From Lophium mytilinum (lineage: Eukaryota): a DNA stretch of 64,000 bases. The notes below the pieces were generated by a model, which worked only from the letters and a program-made list of their open reading frames with translations, did no database searches and was not told where the DNA came from. Position numbers and translations under genes: made by a program. Each line of letters opens with the position of its first letter. Positions within the stretch are counted from its first letter, which is position 1. Of the stretch, positions 28,301 to 41,645 are shown piece by piece. Location of the stretch: NCBI GenBank assembly GCA_010093605.1, contig MU004201.1, positions 186,001-250,000 of the forward strand, in the 5' to 3' direction.

Positions 28301-29059
28301 AGGAGTAAGGTGTTAAATTTATATGCGAGGGCCTATTAAATTTAGATTATTTACTACGCGCTTTTAGACGCGTGGAAGGTTTAAGAGGGCGGTGCCTATA
28401 GTGCTAGTGGCACCGGTCGCGGTTAGCCGTAGAACTGCCTAGAGGGTTATAGTAAATAATAGGTTTTAATATTTATAAGACGCGGGTAGTATATAGAAAA
28501 TAGGTAGTCTATAGAAAATAGATAGTCTGCAGCTATTTATTCTATAATGCTAGGCATGCGCTTAGGCTGCTATTATTAATACTAAGCCTTCCGAGCATTA
28601 GTCTCTATATGGCAATGGCAATTAATTAGTAATACTAGGCGCGCGCACGCGCTGTTATCTAAACTAAGCTTTCCGGGCGTTAGTCTCTATACGGCGATAG
28701 CAAAATAGAAGAAGAAGTCGCAGAGCCGTTAAAGTAATTAACGAGAATTAGTAAGGACTTTCTAGGGTGCTGTCACTACCCCTCTATTATAGGGGCTCGC
28801 AAGTGCTGCTACGGTTGTAAGGTCTATTATCTAACTTCGCGCATAATAGTTAGATCGCTTTATTAGGGGCCCGCGGCGCTACTAATAGGAGTACTATATT
28901 ATTAAGTATAGTCTTTATTAGGGTCCGCAACGCTACTAATAGTTGCTGTATAGGAAGGTATAAGTATACTATAGCTTATTGTAAGAGCGCACTCCATTAC
29001 GGAAAATTTTCTAGGGGTTGCTTCCGTTACTCCCGGAAGCTAGGAGGGTATTTATCTTA

Positions 29060-29259
29060 TGTTAGGGCTTAAGGTTGGAACGTTAGAATTGTTGGATTAA
29101 ATAGTATTAATATTAACAAAAGATAAATACAAGAAAGAAAGAGGTTTCTAGGACGGACGTTGTAATAACCTAAAGGGCGGAGCAACGTTCGCCTATTCCG
29201 CAGAGCCTCTATTATGTAACCTGTAGTTACGTGTTATGCGCAATTATATAGCTATAATA
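29060..29259 (-). repeat. 5' LTR of D
   Basis: Begins tgttagggc, followed by TSD taaat. Confidence 0.94.
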
Positions 29260-29999
29260 TAAATTAAGTAGCTTATAATTATAAGCCGGGAGGGAGGGCA
29301 GGAGTATAACTAAGGATAACTAGACGCTTATTGGGGTTACCGCCGGGAGGCAAACCTATAGGCTGCGCGCTGGATATAGCTGCACTGCATAGTGTTAGAG
29401 TTTTTCTACTATAGCTTAGTATAGCTAGTTATAGGGGCATTATATATATCTTTACTAGTAAGCGCTATTAGACTATTTAAAAGGAAGAAAAAGGTTAGTA
29501 TAAGGTAGAGGGTGTAGGTCTTCTATAAAAGCTTAGAAGTAGGCGTGCTTTCTAGGGCGGCTAGTGCCGTGCTTGGCGGCTACCTTTAATTAGTAAATAA
29601 AAATAGGATAACTGCGCATAGATTAGTTAGTTGCGCGTAATAGTTAGTAAGTAGGTGCGTAGGGCCTGCGCGCTAGCCTATTGCTAACAGGGTATATATA
29701 GTCCTTACTCTATTATTAGAAAGTAACTGCGCTTATATTAGTTAGTTGCGCGCAATAGTAAGTAGGTATATAGGGCCTGCTCGCCTCTAAGCGGCGGGGT
29801 ATATAGAGTCCTTACTATAAGGTTATAGAGCCTTCTTTTAAGTCTTTCTTTATTAATATAGAGGTAGTTAGGCTTATATATTAAAATTTTATGCCGGTTA
29901 AGGTGGCTTCCAGGTTAATTATAGGGTCGCCCGTATAGGTAGGTAGGTAAAAAAGAGCGCTTCTAGAAACTCCTAGAAGCTAGAAGGGTAGCTACTTTA

Positions 30000-30219
30000 T
30001 ATTACAGTACAATAGCGGATTGTAAGAGAAGACCTAATATTAGTGTATATAGACAAAGTAGCAATAAGAAAGAAAGAAGGGCGCGGAGCGCTAGCCAAGA
30101 GGTAGGCGAGGCTAGCGCTAAGCCTGGTTATGTAATAGTAATCACGTGCTAGAGGGCACATAACGCTATTACATGTATTAGAAACGTATTACGATAGAGG
30201 GTGTGTTACAGCTATAATA
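30000..30219 (-). repeat. 5' LTR of B
   Basis: Direct repeat of 4604-4823, followed by TSD atgcc. Confidence 0.93.
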
Positions 30220-30940
30220 ATGCCTAGAATTATATTATATTATCTAGTATTAGTAACATAGTAGGTAATAGTATTATAGTAGTTATCTATATAGAAGGTA
30301 ACATCTACTATATAATCTAGTGTAATTAAGGGCTTACTATTAGCAAGCTTAAGAATAACAGGCTATAAGAGGGGTCGGGTGGGTATTTTATAAAGACGCG
30401 CGGTCTTTAAATAAAGGAACTAAGAGCCTAATCCTATATTAGAAAGGATCTTACTAGTAAATAAATTAGAATTAAATTAGAGGATTCTACCTAAGAAGCT
30501 AAACTGTTCGCTATTAACCGGTTAGAGCGTAAGAGCAGATATATGCACAATAACTAGCTTAATTTCTTATTCTAAAATAGCAATTCTATCTATAACTGCT
30601 CTTAATTTTCCATTATTAAAGGCCGTTGGGGGTTCTTAGTAGTAACTATTACTAAGGACTAAGTATTTCCCGTTATCTTATTATAGGTAGAGCTAGTATT
30701 TATAGCGCTAATATCTACGCCGGCAAGGTTAGTCTTATTAGCAAGACCGCTAACTTTATAGATAGGAACTAGTTATTAGCTAATATAGAGGGCGTTGCTG
30801 TTAGCTATATATCCGCGCTCTAGATAGTTCTAGCAGCGGCCTAGCTACTTAAGGCGCGCAATAGTGCAATAATCGCAACTAAAGAGGCCTAGAGAGTTTT
30901 TTACAGCGCTAGGAGTACTACAAGTAGCGTTGCCGGTATT
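30220..30940 (-). pseudogene. Middle fragment of A: end of gag (CCHC knuckle) and protease
   Basis: Minus strand GRC*NYLERGYIAN (de-RIP GRCWNCLERGH) at ~30790-30845, GGGAAAT at 30665-30671, and IILG at the B junction. Confidence 0.8.
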
Positions 30941-31189
30941 TATAATAGATTACGCCCTGCCCTCTAGTTATATATTTACCTGTTACTGGCCACCGGCCTT
31001 CTACTTCTACATCTATTACGTTACCTAGCGCCGCCTACGCGCTAGCCCGCCTAGCGCCTACGCGCCTCTCTCCTCTATATATATAGCTCCTTTCTAGAGG
31101 CCTCTCTTTCTACTTCTTATACAACCTCTTAAAATTAACCTATCTAGTTACCTTGTACTACTAAGCTTCTCTAAACCGTAACTATAATA
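30941..31189 (+). repeat. 5' LTR of E (249 bp)
   Basis: Direct repeat of 38657-38905. Confidence 0.94.
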
Positions 31190-31279
31190 TTAGGTACTAA
31201 TTCTTTTTTACTATTACTACTTTAACCCTTAAACATTAATTCTTATTTACTAAGCTATCTAATAGCTTAGTAAGCGTAC

Positions 31280-33832
31280 CTATATAACTATATATATAAT
31301 ACTAAAGGGCATACAGCTATACTACCCTGCCTTACTAAGCGCTATTACTATATCTTTTGCAATAAGCGATCTACCGCCTCCACCAGGCGCTGGAATAGGA
31401 CCTAGATGTTCTAGGCGCAGCGGCTTATAACTAGCCTCCTACTTTCTATAATCTTATCTATAGTCCCGCGCGCCCTCTAAGTCTCCTTATAAGACTCTAA
31501 AGAGCGCGCCCCTTTAAAAGCTAACTAAAGAAGATACTTAATAGTCTACCTAAATAATACGCGTAGATAACACTTAGCAGCCTACTTAAGAGAAAGAGAA
31601 TTAGCTTACCTAGGATAAAGACGCCACTAAAGATAATAACATCGATAATTCTATACGCACCCCGGACCTAATAATCTACAGCTCCATTATTAAGTACTAT
31701 ACTCCTAGCTGGGGCCGCAACCCGGGCACGTTTCTTAACACCCTTAATAACAGTACTAAATTCCTAGAGTATTTACTCCTTTCTAGTAATAAGTAGTTTA
31801 ACGGCGTAATTAAGATTACGGACTCTTAAGACTTCCTTACGCAAGTCTAAGCTAACTCTATCTACTTTTTCCGCATTCTTAGAAGCTATTAAGCTATAAC
31901 TAAGATTCTCTAGTAAATACATAAGGATAACTAGAAAGCGCAGTACAACCTCTAAGATAAGATTAGAGTCCTTAAGGACGAATATAATAAAAGGACAATA
32001 ATTTAGAAGCCGCGTATAAGAAACTTAAACGCCTCCTTAATATTAAAACTAAACTAGAAGAGTGTAAAAATAAACTCCGTACCTATAAGGACACAATCGC
32101 TTCTCTTAACATAGATATTAAAGCCTAGTAGAAGAACTATATTTAAGCTAATAAGTAATCTATAGAGCGAGGAAAGATTATTAAGCGCCTTATAGCTAAC
32201 CTTACTTAAGTAGCCGAGGATAAATATAAATATAATACTTATCTTACTATATTAGAAAATAAAATTAAGACACTATAGACGCTCTAGTGTACTATTACAC
32301 CCGCGCTAACTATATAAGCCGCTCCTACAACACCTATAGTGCCCCGTCTAACCTATTCTATTACGCCTCTACTACCTATAGACCCTATTACTGCAGCGGC
32401 CGAAGATCTACTCGCCTCCCTTAACGGGGCAATTAAATTAGAAGAAGTATAAGCGGATAACAGCTCCTTAGCAGGCCGCAATACTAATAGCTATAATGCT
32501 AATTAATCTCGCCGCACTATAGAATATATAACTAATAAAAATTAAGCTTACTGCACTATAGAGCACGTTCGCGGTCGCTATAACTCTAGCCCGCCCTTAT
32601 CTAATAACGGAAGCTCCCCTTGCCGCCGCGATCGCACGCGTAGCCCATCTCGTCGTTGTAACCGCTCCCGTAAGCGTTGCTCTTATTAACGCTTGCACTT
32701 ACGCTTACACTTACGCTTACGTTTTTAAAACGCGAGCCGTTACTATTACTATTACTAAGACCCCTATATTAAGACATCTAAAGATTATTAAAACCTTAGT
32801 ATTGCTCTAAATAGAGTTCTTTATATAGAAGATAAGTTCTAGCCCTACCTAGATAAGTTTAGAGGTAATAAAGATAAGTACCCTAAGTTCTATTATAGAT
32901 TCCTAAATAAAGTTAATTACGGCAGCTATGCTATAAAATCTAGCGAACCCTTATATCTTATCTACCTTAGTAAGCAACTTACGGGCATACCCCTTAAAGG
33001 CTTCCGCGCTTAGTAAGATAGCTACTAACCCTTTCTTACCGTCTAGGAAGCTATTGCATTCTTAGACTCCTAATACTATAACCCTAATAAAATTAGTACT
33101 ACTAAGGACAAGCTTTGCAAGCTTGTCTAGACGAGCAGCATAATACCTAACTGCATGTAGGAACTAATAAAATTATATATAATCTACCTCCTAGGCTATA
33201 AAGGCTATAGCAACGTCTATAACCTCAAGTAGAAACTCCGCCTAAATATTATTGCCGGCGCTATTTCAGGTAAAGGCTTTACTACTGGCCTATAGTATAT
33301 TAGCGCTGCACGCAAATAGCTCCGCGATAATAGTATTAATAAGAACGCGCAACCTACTAAATATAGCTTTAGTAACTTTAACCGCAACTAGCCCTAAGGC
33401 TTTAATTGCCGCAACCGTAATTGCAACAACTATAATTGCAACCGTAACTATAACTATACTCCACGCCCTTTAACCGCAGCTGCCGTCTCTACAACTAAAG
33501 AGGATATTAAGATTACCCCTTCTTCCAACTAGGTTCCTCCTAATAAACTCCGTAAAGGCGATAGAGAAGCGCTTATAAAAGAGGGTAAGTATTTCCGCTA
33601 CTATCTTTCTAAGTACTTTGCCTAAAACCTATACTGCCCTATAAATTAACTTAACAAACTAGGTTTTACTACTTATTAGATAGATTCATCCTTAGCACCC
33701 CGCCTTAACAATTGTGCCGCCCGCGTTGAAGAACTCTTAGATAATAACAACGACAGCTTTAATAACTACAAAACCCTTAATAATAAGCGAGGTTCTAGTT
33801 ACTCTAAAGGTAAGGGTCTAAAGGGAAAAGTA
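31280..33832 (+). pseudogene. gag: gag of E, RIP-degraded
   Basis: Coiled-coil-like and Arg-rich segments, RIP-altered knuckle GKYFRYYLSKY (~33583-33620), ends at GGGAAAA. Confidence 0.65.
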
Positions 33833-36800
33833 AGGTTATAGACTATAGTCGCGGTCTATAATATAATAAGAACTTAGTTATAGAGAATCTTTAATACTAA
33901 AGGCTTATTATTTTAGTAGCCTCTCTTAGTAAAGCTTGACAGAAACTAATTTAAAATAAAGATAGAGGATTTAACGTTAAGCGGGTGAATAATATAGTCC
34001 TTTTAGTAATAGTATAAACCTATAAGAAAGACTAACCTATAGGAATAATAAAAATTAATTCTTATCTTAATTATAGAGCCACTAATTTATTTACTAGTAC
34101 TAAGCTCGCGTACCTAGCAAATCTACCTTGAAAACCCCTTAAGAAAGCCCGAGTTCTTAAACTAGCCAACGGGTTAGCCGTTGCCCAAAAAGTAATATAT
34201 AAAGCCCTTCTTAGTATAGATATAAACGGCTATTAGAGCCGTTATTAGGCCTACATTACTAACCTTAGAGACTACGCTATTGTTATAGGCCTTAACTAGC
34301 TTTAAGATTATAATCCAGCTATTAACTAGAAAGCAGGCCGCCTGGACTTTATTTGCTCTTGCTATAAACTATGCTAGAACTATGTATACCGTTTTAACCG
34401 CAACTTTATTACTATCTAGGCAAACGGCATGCGTTCTTGCAATGTATCTAATTATTACTATAACCTTATAAATTAGAAACCTATTAGTGCAGAGGCCTGT
34501 ATATAAATTGCCTCTATTTCTAAGTGTAAAGAATAGAAACTTAAATAATTCCGCGCCACGTTGTGGAAACTTTAGAAAATAAGGACGAGGACTTTATTAT
34601 TGCGTGTAACGGCTTGCAGGTTATTACCTTTTAGAGGGGCGATGACATCCCTTTTAAAGCACGTAAAATATTAGCTAAGGATATTAATAAGTTTATGCAC
34701 ACTAAGAAGCACCTCTTATAAGAAGAGATAGAATAATAACTTCTAAAGCGCCTACGCTGTTACGTCCATGTATTTAATTAAGTTAAGGCGAACATACTAC
34801 CTCCGCACCGACCCGGAATTAATTACAAAATTAACCTTATTAAAGGAGCCAGTAAACTGCCTAAAGCCCGGCCATATAGTATATTAAAAGAGAAACTTAG
34901 AGTTATTAAGAAATAGATTAATAATAACCTTAATAAAGGATTTATCTATAAGTTATAATCCTCTACGTCCTCTTCTATAATTCTTATCCGCAAGCCTAGA
35001 GGGGGCGTTCGTTTCTATATTAACTATAGGGCTGTTAACGCTATAATAGTTAAAATAAGATACCCGCTGCCACTTATCTAAGAAACACTCTAAAAGCTTA
35101 GTAATGCTAAACAGTATTCTAAACTAGATATTATTTCCGCGTTTAATTGAATTTAAATGCGGGAAGAATATATAGGTCTTACGGCCTTCTCTATATAATA
35201 GGGATAGTACGAATCTATTATTATCCTTTAGCGTCACGGAAGGCCCCGGACAATTCCAATCCTTTATTAACCGGATATTACACAATTACCTAGACAATTT
35301 CTATTTAGCCTATATAGATAATGTTCTAGTCTATATAAATAGTACTAAAAAAGAATATAAAGAGCATGTTGTAAAAGTACTAGAAAGGCTTAATAAAGCT
35401 GGCCTTAATTGCAACTTTACTAAATGCGAATTTAATAAAATAGAAATTAAGTACCTAGGTCTTATTATTACAACAGGAGGCGTCTAAATAGACTCTGAAA
35501 AAGTCGCCGCAGTTATTAATTAGAAAACCCCTACCTGCCTATAGGATATATAAGCCTTCCCTAGGTTTACTAACTTCTACTAACGCTTTATACACGCGTT
35601 CTCCCGCATTATTAGCCTACTTATATTAATAATAAAAACTATAGACGGCAAGAAGACTAAGCTAAAAGCACAGTTTACCTAGAACAATAAATGCAACGCC
35701 GCTTTCTAAGCACTTAAGACGGTGTTTACTATAGTACCTATCCTTTACCACTTTTAATACAGCAAGAAGGTCTACATTAAAACTAATACTTTAAACTATG
35801 TCATCGCTAGCGTTATATATAAGAAAGCGAAGACGGCCTACTCTATTCTATCGCCTTCTTCTCCTCTAGGATAACCCCCTAGGAATGTAATTATAAAATC
35901 TATAATAAGAAGTTACTTACTATTATTAAAGCCTTTAAAGAATAGAGACCTAAATTAGCTAGCGCTAACCCGGACAATTCTACTAATATACTTATAGACT
36001 ATTATAATCTGGAATACTTTATATCTATAAAACACCTTAATTGCCGGCAAGCCTACTAGGCCGGCTTTCTCGCTAGCTTTAACTTTAAAATTATCTATCG
36101 ACTGGGCATATTAGGGGAAAAGCTAGATAGCCTTACTAGATAGTTATAAGACCTTTCTACGGATTTAAATAATCTACGCTATTAATTTTAACACTAAACA
36201 ATCCTTAAATTATATAACCTAGGCCTAGGCGTTGCACTAATATATTTACTAAATGTTAAATTAAGCTTACCTAACAACGGCCCAGGCTGCAAACTAAATC
36301 TAATTAGGCTAGTACCTTACTATAAAGAGTTAGACCCGTTAATAACTATAGAGTTGCCACCGTTAAAGATATACTCTTAATTTCTTCTTGCACCTGTAAC
36401 GCTGCGCAGTCACACGCGCAACCCTAACCCTAACCCTAACCCTAACCCTAACCCTAACCCTAACCCTACTTCTCCTCTCGCGATTAAACTAACCCCCGCA
36501 AATAACAATAATCTCTACGCAGAGCCCAACCCCGTCTGTTAGTATATACTTACTGAGCTGTTTAATAAAGGCTATTACAGCCCGCTATAGAACTTACTAG
36601 AACCGCTATTTAATTCTATACTCTATAAACTTAATACTCTTATATAAGACGGCGAGCGCGCGCTCCCTTAATCTCTACGCGATATTGTTAGTAACCTAGC
36701 CATCTTAGAATTTAAAGTCCGCCGCAATTAACTATATTACTACGGCCGGTTGTATATACCCGCGTACAACAACTTATAACTTAAGCTCCTGCAGCTTACC

Positions 36801-38350
36801 TATAATACTACTATTAGCGGACACCCGGGAAAGCACAGTACATATAAACTTATCTAACGTTACTACTTTTAGCTAGGTATACGCGACTTAGTTAAAGACT
36901 ATATAAGCGCCTACTACGGCTGCAAATAATTAAAAGCCTTCCGCGATAAGAAATAAGGACTGCTACGTTTACTTAATATACTAGAATAGTAATAGACTAA
37001 TATCGCTATAGACTTTATTATAGAGCTTCCTCCCTATAAGCGTAATAGTTAAATTTATACTAAAATTCTTATTATCATCTACTATGCTAGTAAGGAATAT
37101 TACTATATTTCTATAAGTAGTACCTTTATCTATAATATTATTAATACTTTTCTCCGCAAAATCTATTATCTCTACGGCCTCCCCCGCGTTATTATTAGCG
37201 ATCGCGATCTACGCTTTATCTTAGACGTTTAGAGACAAGTCTATAAGCATCTCGGCGTCTACTAGAATATTTCTATAGCCGCCTACCCTAAGACTAAGAG
37301 ATAGATAGAAAACGCGAACGCTATTATAAAAGCCTACTTTAGGCAGTTTATTAATTACCGCTAGAATAACTAGGTTAATTACTTGCCTATTGGCGAGTTT
37401 TTAGTAAATAACTAAGTTAACACTTTAACTATAATAACGGCTTTCTTTATTAATAAGGGCTTTTACCCGCGTTCTAGCCTTAAGCCTCTACTAGGCGCAA
37501 CAAATAACACCGCACCCGATCCTCTGCCTACGCCCGTTCTCGACCCTCTGCCTACGCCCGCTCTTAGTACTAACGCTGCCATCCGTCGTCGTTAGCTTAA
37601 AGGTAATAAGCATGTTAACTAGATAAAGGAAATTCTAAATAAATATAAGGCTATAATAATATAGGCATAAACTAAATAAGTAGACTACACGAATTAGCAC
37701 TATAATCCTCCGCTAAAGCTCTAAGTTAACGACTAGGTGTAGCTTAACGCCTATAACGTTAAGACTATCTAACTAAATAAGTTACTTAATTATAAGAACC
37801 TCGGCCCCTTCTATATTACTAAGATTATTAATAAGAGTTACGCCTTCTAGCTTAACTTTATAAATATAAGCCTTAAAGGCTCTTAAACGCACTCTATCTT
37901 CTACCTATACCTTCTCTATATAGATAGGTTCTATCTACTACTAGGCTAATGCTAGCCACTACTACCTTCTATCTAGGTAATCGACCCCGTTACCTCTAAA
38001 TCCGTCAAACAACACCTAATTACGCGCATTATCGACAGCCGCTGGCGCGGCCGCGGACTAGAAGGACGCCGCTACCTTAAATATAAAGGACTTTATAAGG
38101 GTTATACTACACTATAGAAATAGTAACCGTAGAAATACTTTATACCTAAAGCTGCGGATCTAATTAGTAAATTCTACAATCTTTACTCCGACGCCGACGG
38201 TCCTTATCTAGACTTCGAACTGAACAATAACTAGCGCGCGCGCCTTACTAATAATAATAACCTCTTTGCTAACTATCTATAATTACGATTACTCTATATA
38301 AGCTACGTCCTTATCTTATATAATTACCTCGCTATATCTTTATACCGCAA
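33823..38350 (+). pseudogene. pol: pol of E (PR-RT-RH-IN-chromodomain), RIP-degraded; related to C
   Basis: YPLPLI, KLDIISAFN, YIDNVLVY (~35311), GHPGKH, IISDRD, LGPF, chromodomain IIDSRWRG (~38028). Confidence 0.88.
36421..36468 (+). repeat. Perfect telomere-type tract (ACCCTA)8 = (TTAGGG)n complement, inside pol of E
   Basis: Eight exact units read directly. Confidence 0.95.
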
Positions 38351-38656
38351 TTAATAGCCTTATATAGTTTATTACAACTTTATATATAATAACTATAATA
38401 AGATCGGGATCCTTAGCTGCACGAAGTGGGCTAAGCCGTTATAACGGGAAAGCCCTTATAAGTAACGCCTTAAGCACGCTAGCTTCTTACATATTAGTAT
38501 ACAACTAATAATTAGTAAACTGCGCTATATAATTTACTGCACTAGATAACTGTTTACGCCCTTATATTTAAACCCGACAAGGCCCACAACACTATTTTCT
38601 TTTCCTTTCCCTTTTTCTTTTTATTTTTCTACCAGCGTTCCTAAACAGGGGGGTAG

Positions 38657-38905
38657 TGTAATAGATTACACTCTAGCCTCCAGTTATATATTTACCCGTT
38701 ACTAGCTACCAGCCTCCTACTTCTATATCTATTACGTTACCTAGCGCCGCCTATGCGCTAGCCCGCCTAGCGCCTACGCGCCTCTCTCCTCTATGTATAT
38801 AGCTCCTTCCTAAAGGCCTCTCTTTCTACTTCTTACACGACCTCTTAAAATTAACCTACCTAGTTACCTTATACTACTAAGCTCCTCTGCACTATAACTA
38901 TAATA
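38657..38905 (+). repeat. 3' LTR of E
   Basis: Starts tgtaata after the PPT, followed by TSD gtatt. Confidence 0.94.
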
Positions 38906-41000
38906 GTATTATTCTTAGACATGCGCTCGGCGTTAGTAAGCGGGCAATAGGGCGCAGTGGAGGTTAAGCCGGTGCCTATAGCCTTACGCGTATTACGCAT
39001 GGACTTAAAGGTTTTCTTATTCTTGCAGTTATTCTTATTTAGTTTAATAATATTAAGCTAAGACTCTAGGGTCTAGAGGAAGGTGATAAAGGTTATTATA
39101 TTACTATATTATCTATTAGCAGCCTTATATTTAAGGCTGTTGGTAAGATTACGCTATATATAGTAGATCTTCTTAGGGTCTTTAAAGTAGAGGGAGGCTA
39201 CGCCGGTATTAAAGCGTTCTACGTAGGTTATAATGCGCTTGTCTTTTTTCTATATAAACTTACTATTATGTAGATTAGTATACGCGTTAGCTACTTTATT
39301 AAAAGGTCCGTAGACCTTATTTAGATTATTAATTAGTTCTTCTATAGAGAGGTATAGCTTATTACTATTAGGTTTAGCGTAATAGAAGATTATGTTAAAG
39401 GCTTCTTTTTTAAGCCTATTGCGGACGTATACTTTATAATAGTGCGCGGTAGCGTATAGTAGTGCGTAGATATCTAGCTTACTAAGTACCTGCATGCGCT
39501 ACTGCTAGTAGAATAGCTTATTCTTATTACTGCTACTAGACTTATCTAGATTAGGGTAGCGATATATTGCCGCGTACGCGCCGGGGTCTTAAATAGGCGT
39601 AAATAGAGTAGTGGACTTACTCTTAATAGGTTTAAACTGTAGAGGCTAGCTAACAGGATAACACTAAAGTGGAACTGCAGGCGTAGGAGAATAAGTACTG
39701 TTATTATTATCTAAATTACGGTTAGGGTCTAAGAGCTATAGGCGAGCCTATTAATAAAGCTATTATTTAAGCTTCTTGATATAAGTAGTAAGCTTCTTGC
39801 ATATCTCTTTAAGAGTCTAGTACTCGCCACACTAGTAATTATAGCGTAGGCGCATCTAGTTAAGCTTAAAGTTAGCCTAATAACTACTTGCAACTTACTA
39901 TAGCTACTTAGCGTAATAGGCCTCCAGTTCTTATTCTACTATAGCCGTGTTATTAGTGGTGTTCTATTTATACTTTTAGTATTTATTCTAGAGTTTATTA
40001 TAAAGCTTATCCTTATTATTAGCTTCTTTAAAGCCTACTTTATACTCTATATAGAGCTTTTAGAAGGATTCCCACTATACTAGATTATTCTTAATTTACT
40101 ATAGTAGTAAATTTAGTCTTATTAGTAACTATAGTGTTGACTATTATTATACCATCGCTATAATAGTTAAGGAGCTAGACCGGTAGCTATATATAGCGCT
40201 GTAGGTTAGTTTCTTATAGTCCCTCTAGAATATCTATATACTTAGGTTTAGCGTCTAGAACCTATTTAGTCTTATAGCATGCAACTAAAATAGAGGCTTA
40301 TTAATCTACTATAGATACTTAGTAATAAGCGGCGCGCGGCTTACCGCTACTAGCTTAAGGGTTATGCATGTTGTCTTCTATAACGAATTAGACAGCGCGC
40401 TTACCTAGAATGTTTACGCTAGGTGTAATAAAGCCGCCTTTATTATTAGAGTTACAGTCCGGGTTAAGTTTATTAGTAACGTTCTAGTTTAAGGTTCCGG
40501 CAGCGTTAACTTAATTATCTGCTAAGCGTTTAGGGCGCTAGGTGTTAGCGCGCTAGGCGTCGGCGCGCTGGGTGTCGGCGCGCTAAGTATTATCTATAGT
40601 CTGTAAGAAGGCTTAGGTCTCTTCTTAGGTATTTAAAATTAGTCTTCTAGTTCTATACCGGAAGCTAGAAATAATAGCTAGAGTAGAAGAGCCTTTAGTT
40701 GCGCCTTAAAAGCGCGTAAGTTGCGCGGCGCGGTGTACTTTCTTATTACTGGCGGTTAATAGAGTTATAGGAGTATAGGTAATAGGTAGTCCTTCTAAAG
40801 TATTTAGGTTAGCGCTACTTATAGCGCCTAGAGTCTTTAGATCGCCTTAAAGCCTAGTTATAAAATTAACTAGCTTATTTAAAGGAGGTAGTGCTGGATT
40901 ATAGTCCGCTAGGTTAGATTTAGGTGCCGCGCGTAGCTATATAGCTAGGCCGGCTAGTTTAATTAGTTTTAGTAAAAACGCCTAGATCTTGCGATAGAGT
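38906..41000 (-). pseudogene. gag: gag of A, 5' part, RIP-degraded
   Basis: Frame joins across E to the knuckle at ~30800. ORF 39250-39495 is a fragment. Lies next to the 5' LTR of A. Confidence 0.68.
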
Positions 41001-41050
41001 TCTACAAAAAATTAATAAGATTCTAAGCGTGGAAAGGTAAGCTTAGATTA

Positions 41051-41272
41051 TATAGGGGGCTGATATAATATAAGTAATAAGGTATATTAACTATTATAAA
41101 AATCTAAGCTAAGAAGGAAAGAGAGAGCTAGGAGCTCTTAAGAGGTTGTAGTTTAACGCCGGCGCACGGGCCGCAGCCTAGTGCCTCGGGCTAGTGTCTT
41201 GCTTAGGTCACGTGAGGGGCGGCATGTAACCTTAGCATGTAATTATTATAATCCTAGGTTTATACTGTAATA
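41051..41272 (-). repeat. 5' LTR of A (~222 bp)
   Basis: 41079-41272 matches 1-194. Left limit inferred from the adjacent PBS-like 10-mer (41040-41049). Confidence 0.85.
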
Positions 41273-41621
41273 ATTTTAATAAGTATCTTATTTAGTTAAT
41301 AATAAAATTAGTACTTTGTACCTAAAAACATCTAAGTTCTTTAAACCATATCATAAAAATTATCATTATAGAGAATAAAGTATGTTAGGTAGGAATAATT
41401 TATATTAAATAAGGGTATGAGGGAATTGAACCCTTAATTTCTAATTTGCAGTAAGAACGCAGAACTATCTACGCATATCTAATTAAATGTTTTATATAAA
41501 GGTGAAACTTAAAGTTTTATAACTATTTTAGTTTTTTTTAATTTATATTCTTAAAGTTTTACTATTATTTTAGTTTTTTTATTAATATTCTTTATTATTA
41601 TTAATATTCTTTTTAAGTGAA
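41273..41621. other. Mitochondrion-like AT-rich segment (probable NUMT, left part)
   Basis: Extremely AT-rich with long A/T runs, unlike the RIP'd TE sequence around it. Contains an intronless tRNA. Confidence 0.55.
41412..41480 (-). tRNA. trnC: tRNA-Cys(GCA) pseudogene, mitochondrial-type
   Basis: Minus strand AGATATG-CG-TAGATAGTTCTG-CG-TTCTTA-CTGCAAA-TTAGAA-ATT-AAGGG-TTCAATT-CCCTC-ATACCC-T folds as a cloverleaf with GCA anticodon. Acceptor- and T-stem mismatches are G>A. Confidence 0.75.
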
Positions 41622-41645
41622 TATATTAGGGGCTAGTACTAGTAC

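Larger units (their letters stand above)
20281..29259 (-). mobile_element. Full-length Ty3/Gypsy chromovirus D inserted in the 5' region of B
   Basis: 200-bp LTRs at 20281-20480 and 29060-29259. Perfect TSD TAAAT (20276-20280, 29260-29264). PPT complement cgtctcccccatct at 20481. Confidence 0.94.
4604..30219 (-). mobile_element. Ty3/Gypsy chromovirus B inserted in the protease region of A; interrupted by C and D
   Basis: 220-bp LTRs at 4604-4823 and 30000-30219. TSD atacc (4599-4603) / atgcc (30220-30224), one RIP-type change. PPT complement at 4824-4836. A's ILG|MPW motif is split across the two ends. Confidence 0.93.
30941..38905 (+). mobile_element. Full-length Ty3/Gypsy chromovirus E (7965 bp) inserted in gag of A
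   Basis: 249-bp LTRs at 30941-31189 and 38657-38905. Perfect TSD GTATT (30936-30940, 38906-38910). PPT aggggggtag before 38657. Confidence 0.95.
1..41272 (-). mobile_element. Ty3/Gypsy chromovirus LTR retrotransposon A (RIP-inactivated; outermost element, interrupted by B and E; left end just outside window)
   Basis: 1-194 aligns without gaps to 41079-41272, differing by transitions. PPT complement ctacccccccttt follows at 195. Minus-strand chromo/IN/RH/RT at ~650-4600, protease at 30225-30670, gag at 30671-30935 and 38911-~41000. Confidence 0.9.

Noticed and set aside
31190..31203. Self-priming PBS in element E (and in J at ~62597)
   Set aside because: Only short or gapped complementarity to the LTR was found, not enough to call.
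36421..36468. True chromosome end or telomere fusion
   Set aside because: Element E continues on both sides with matching LTRs and TSD, and there is no inverted TTAGGG block.
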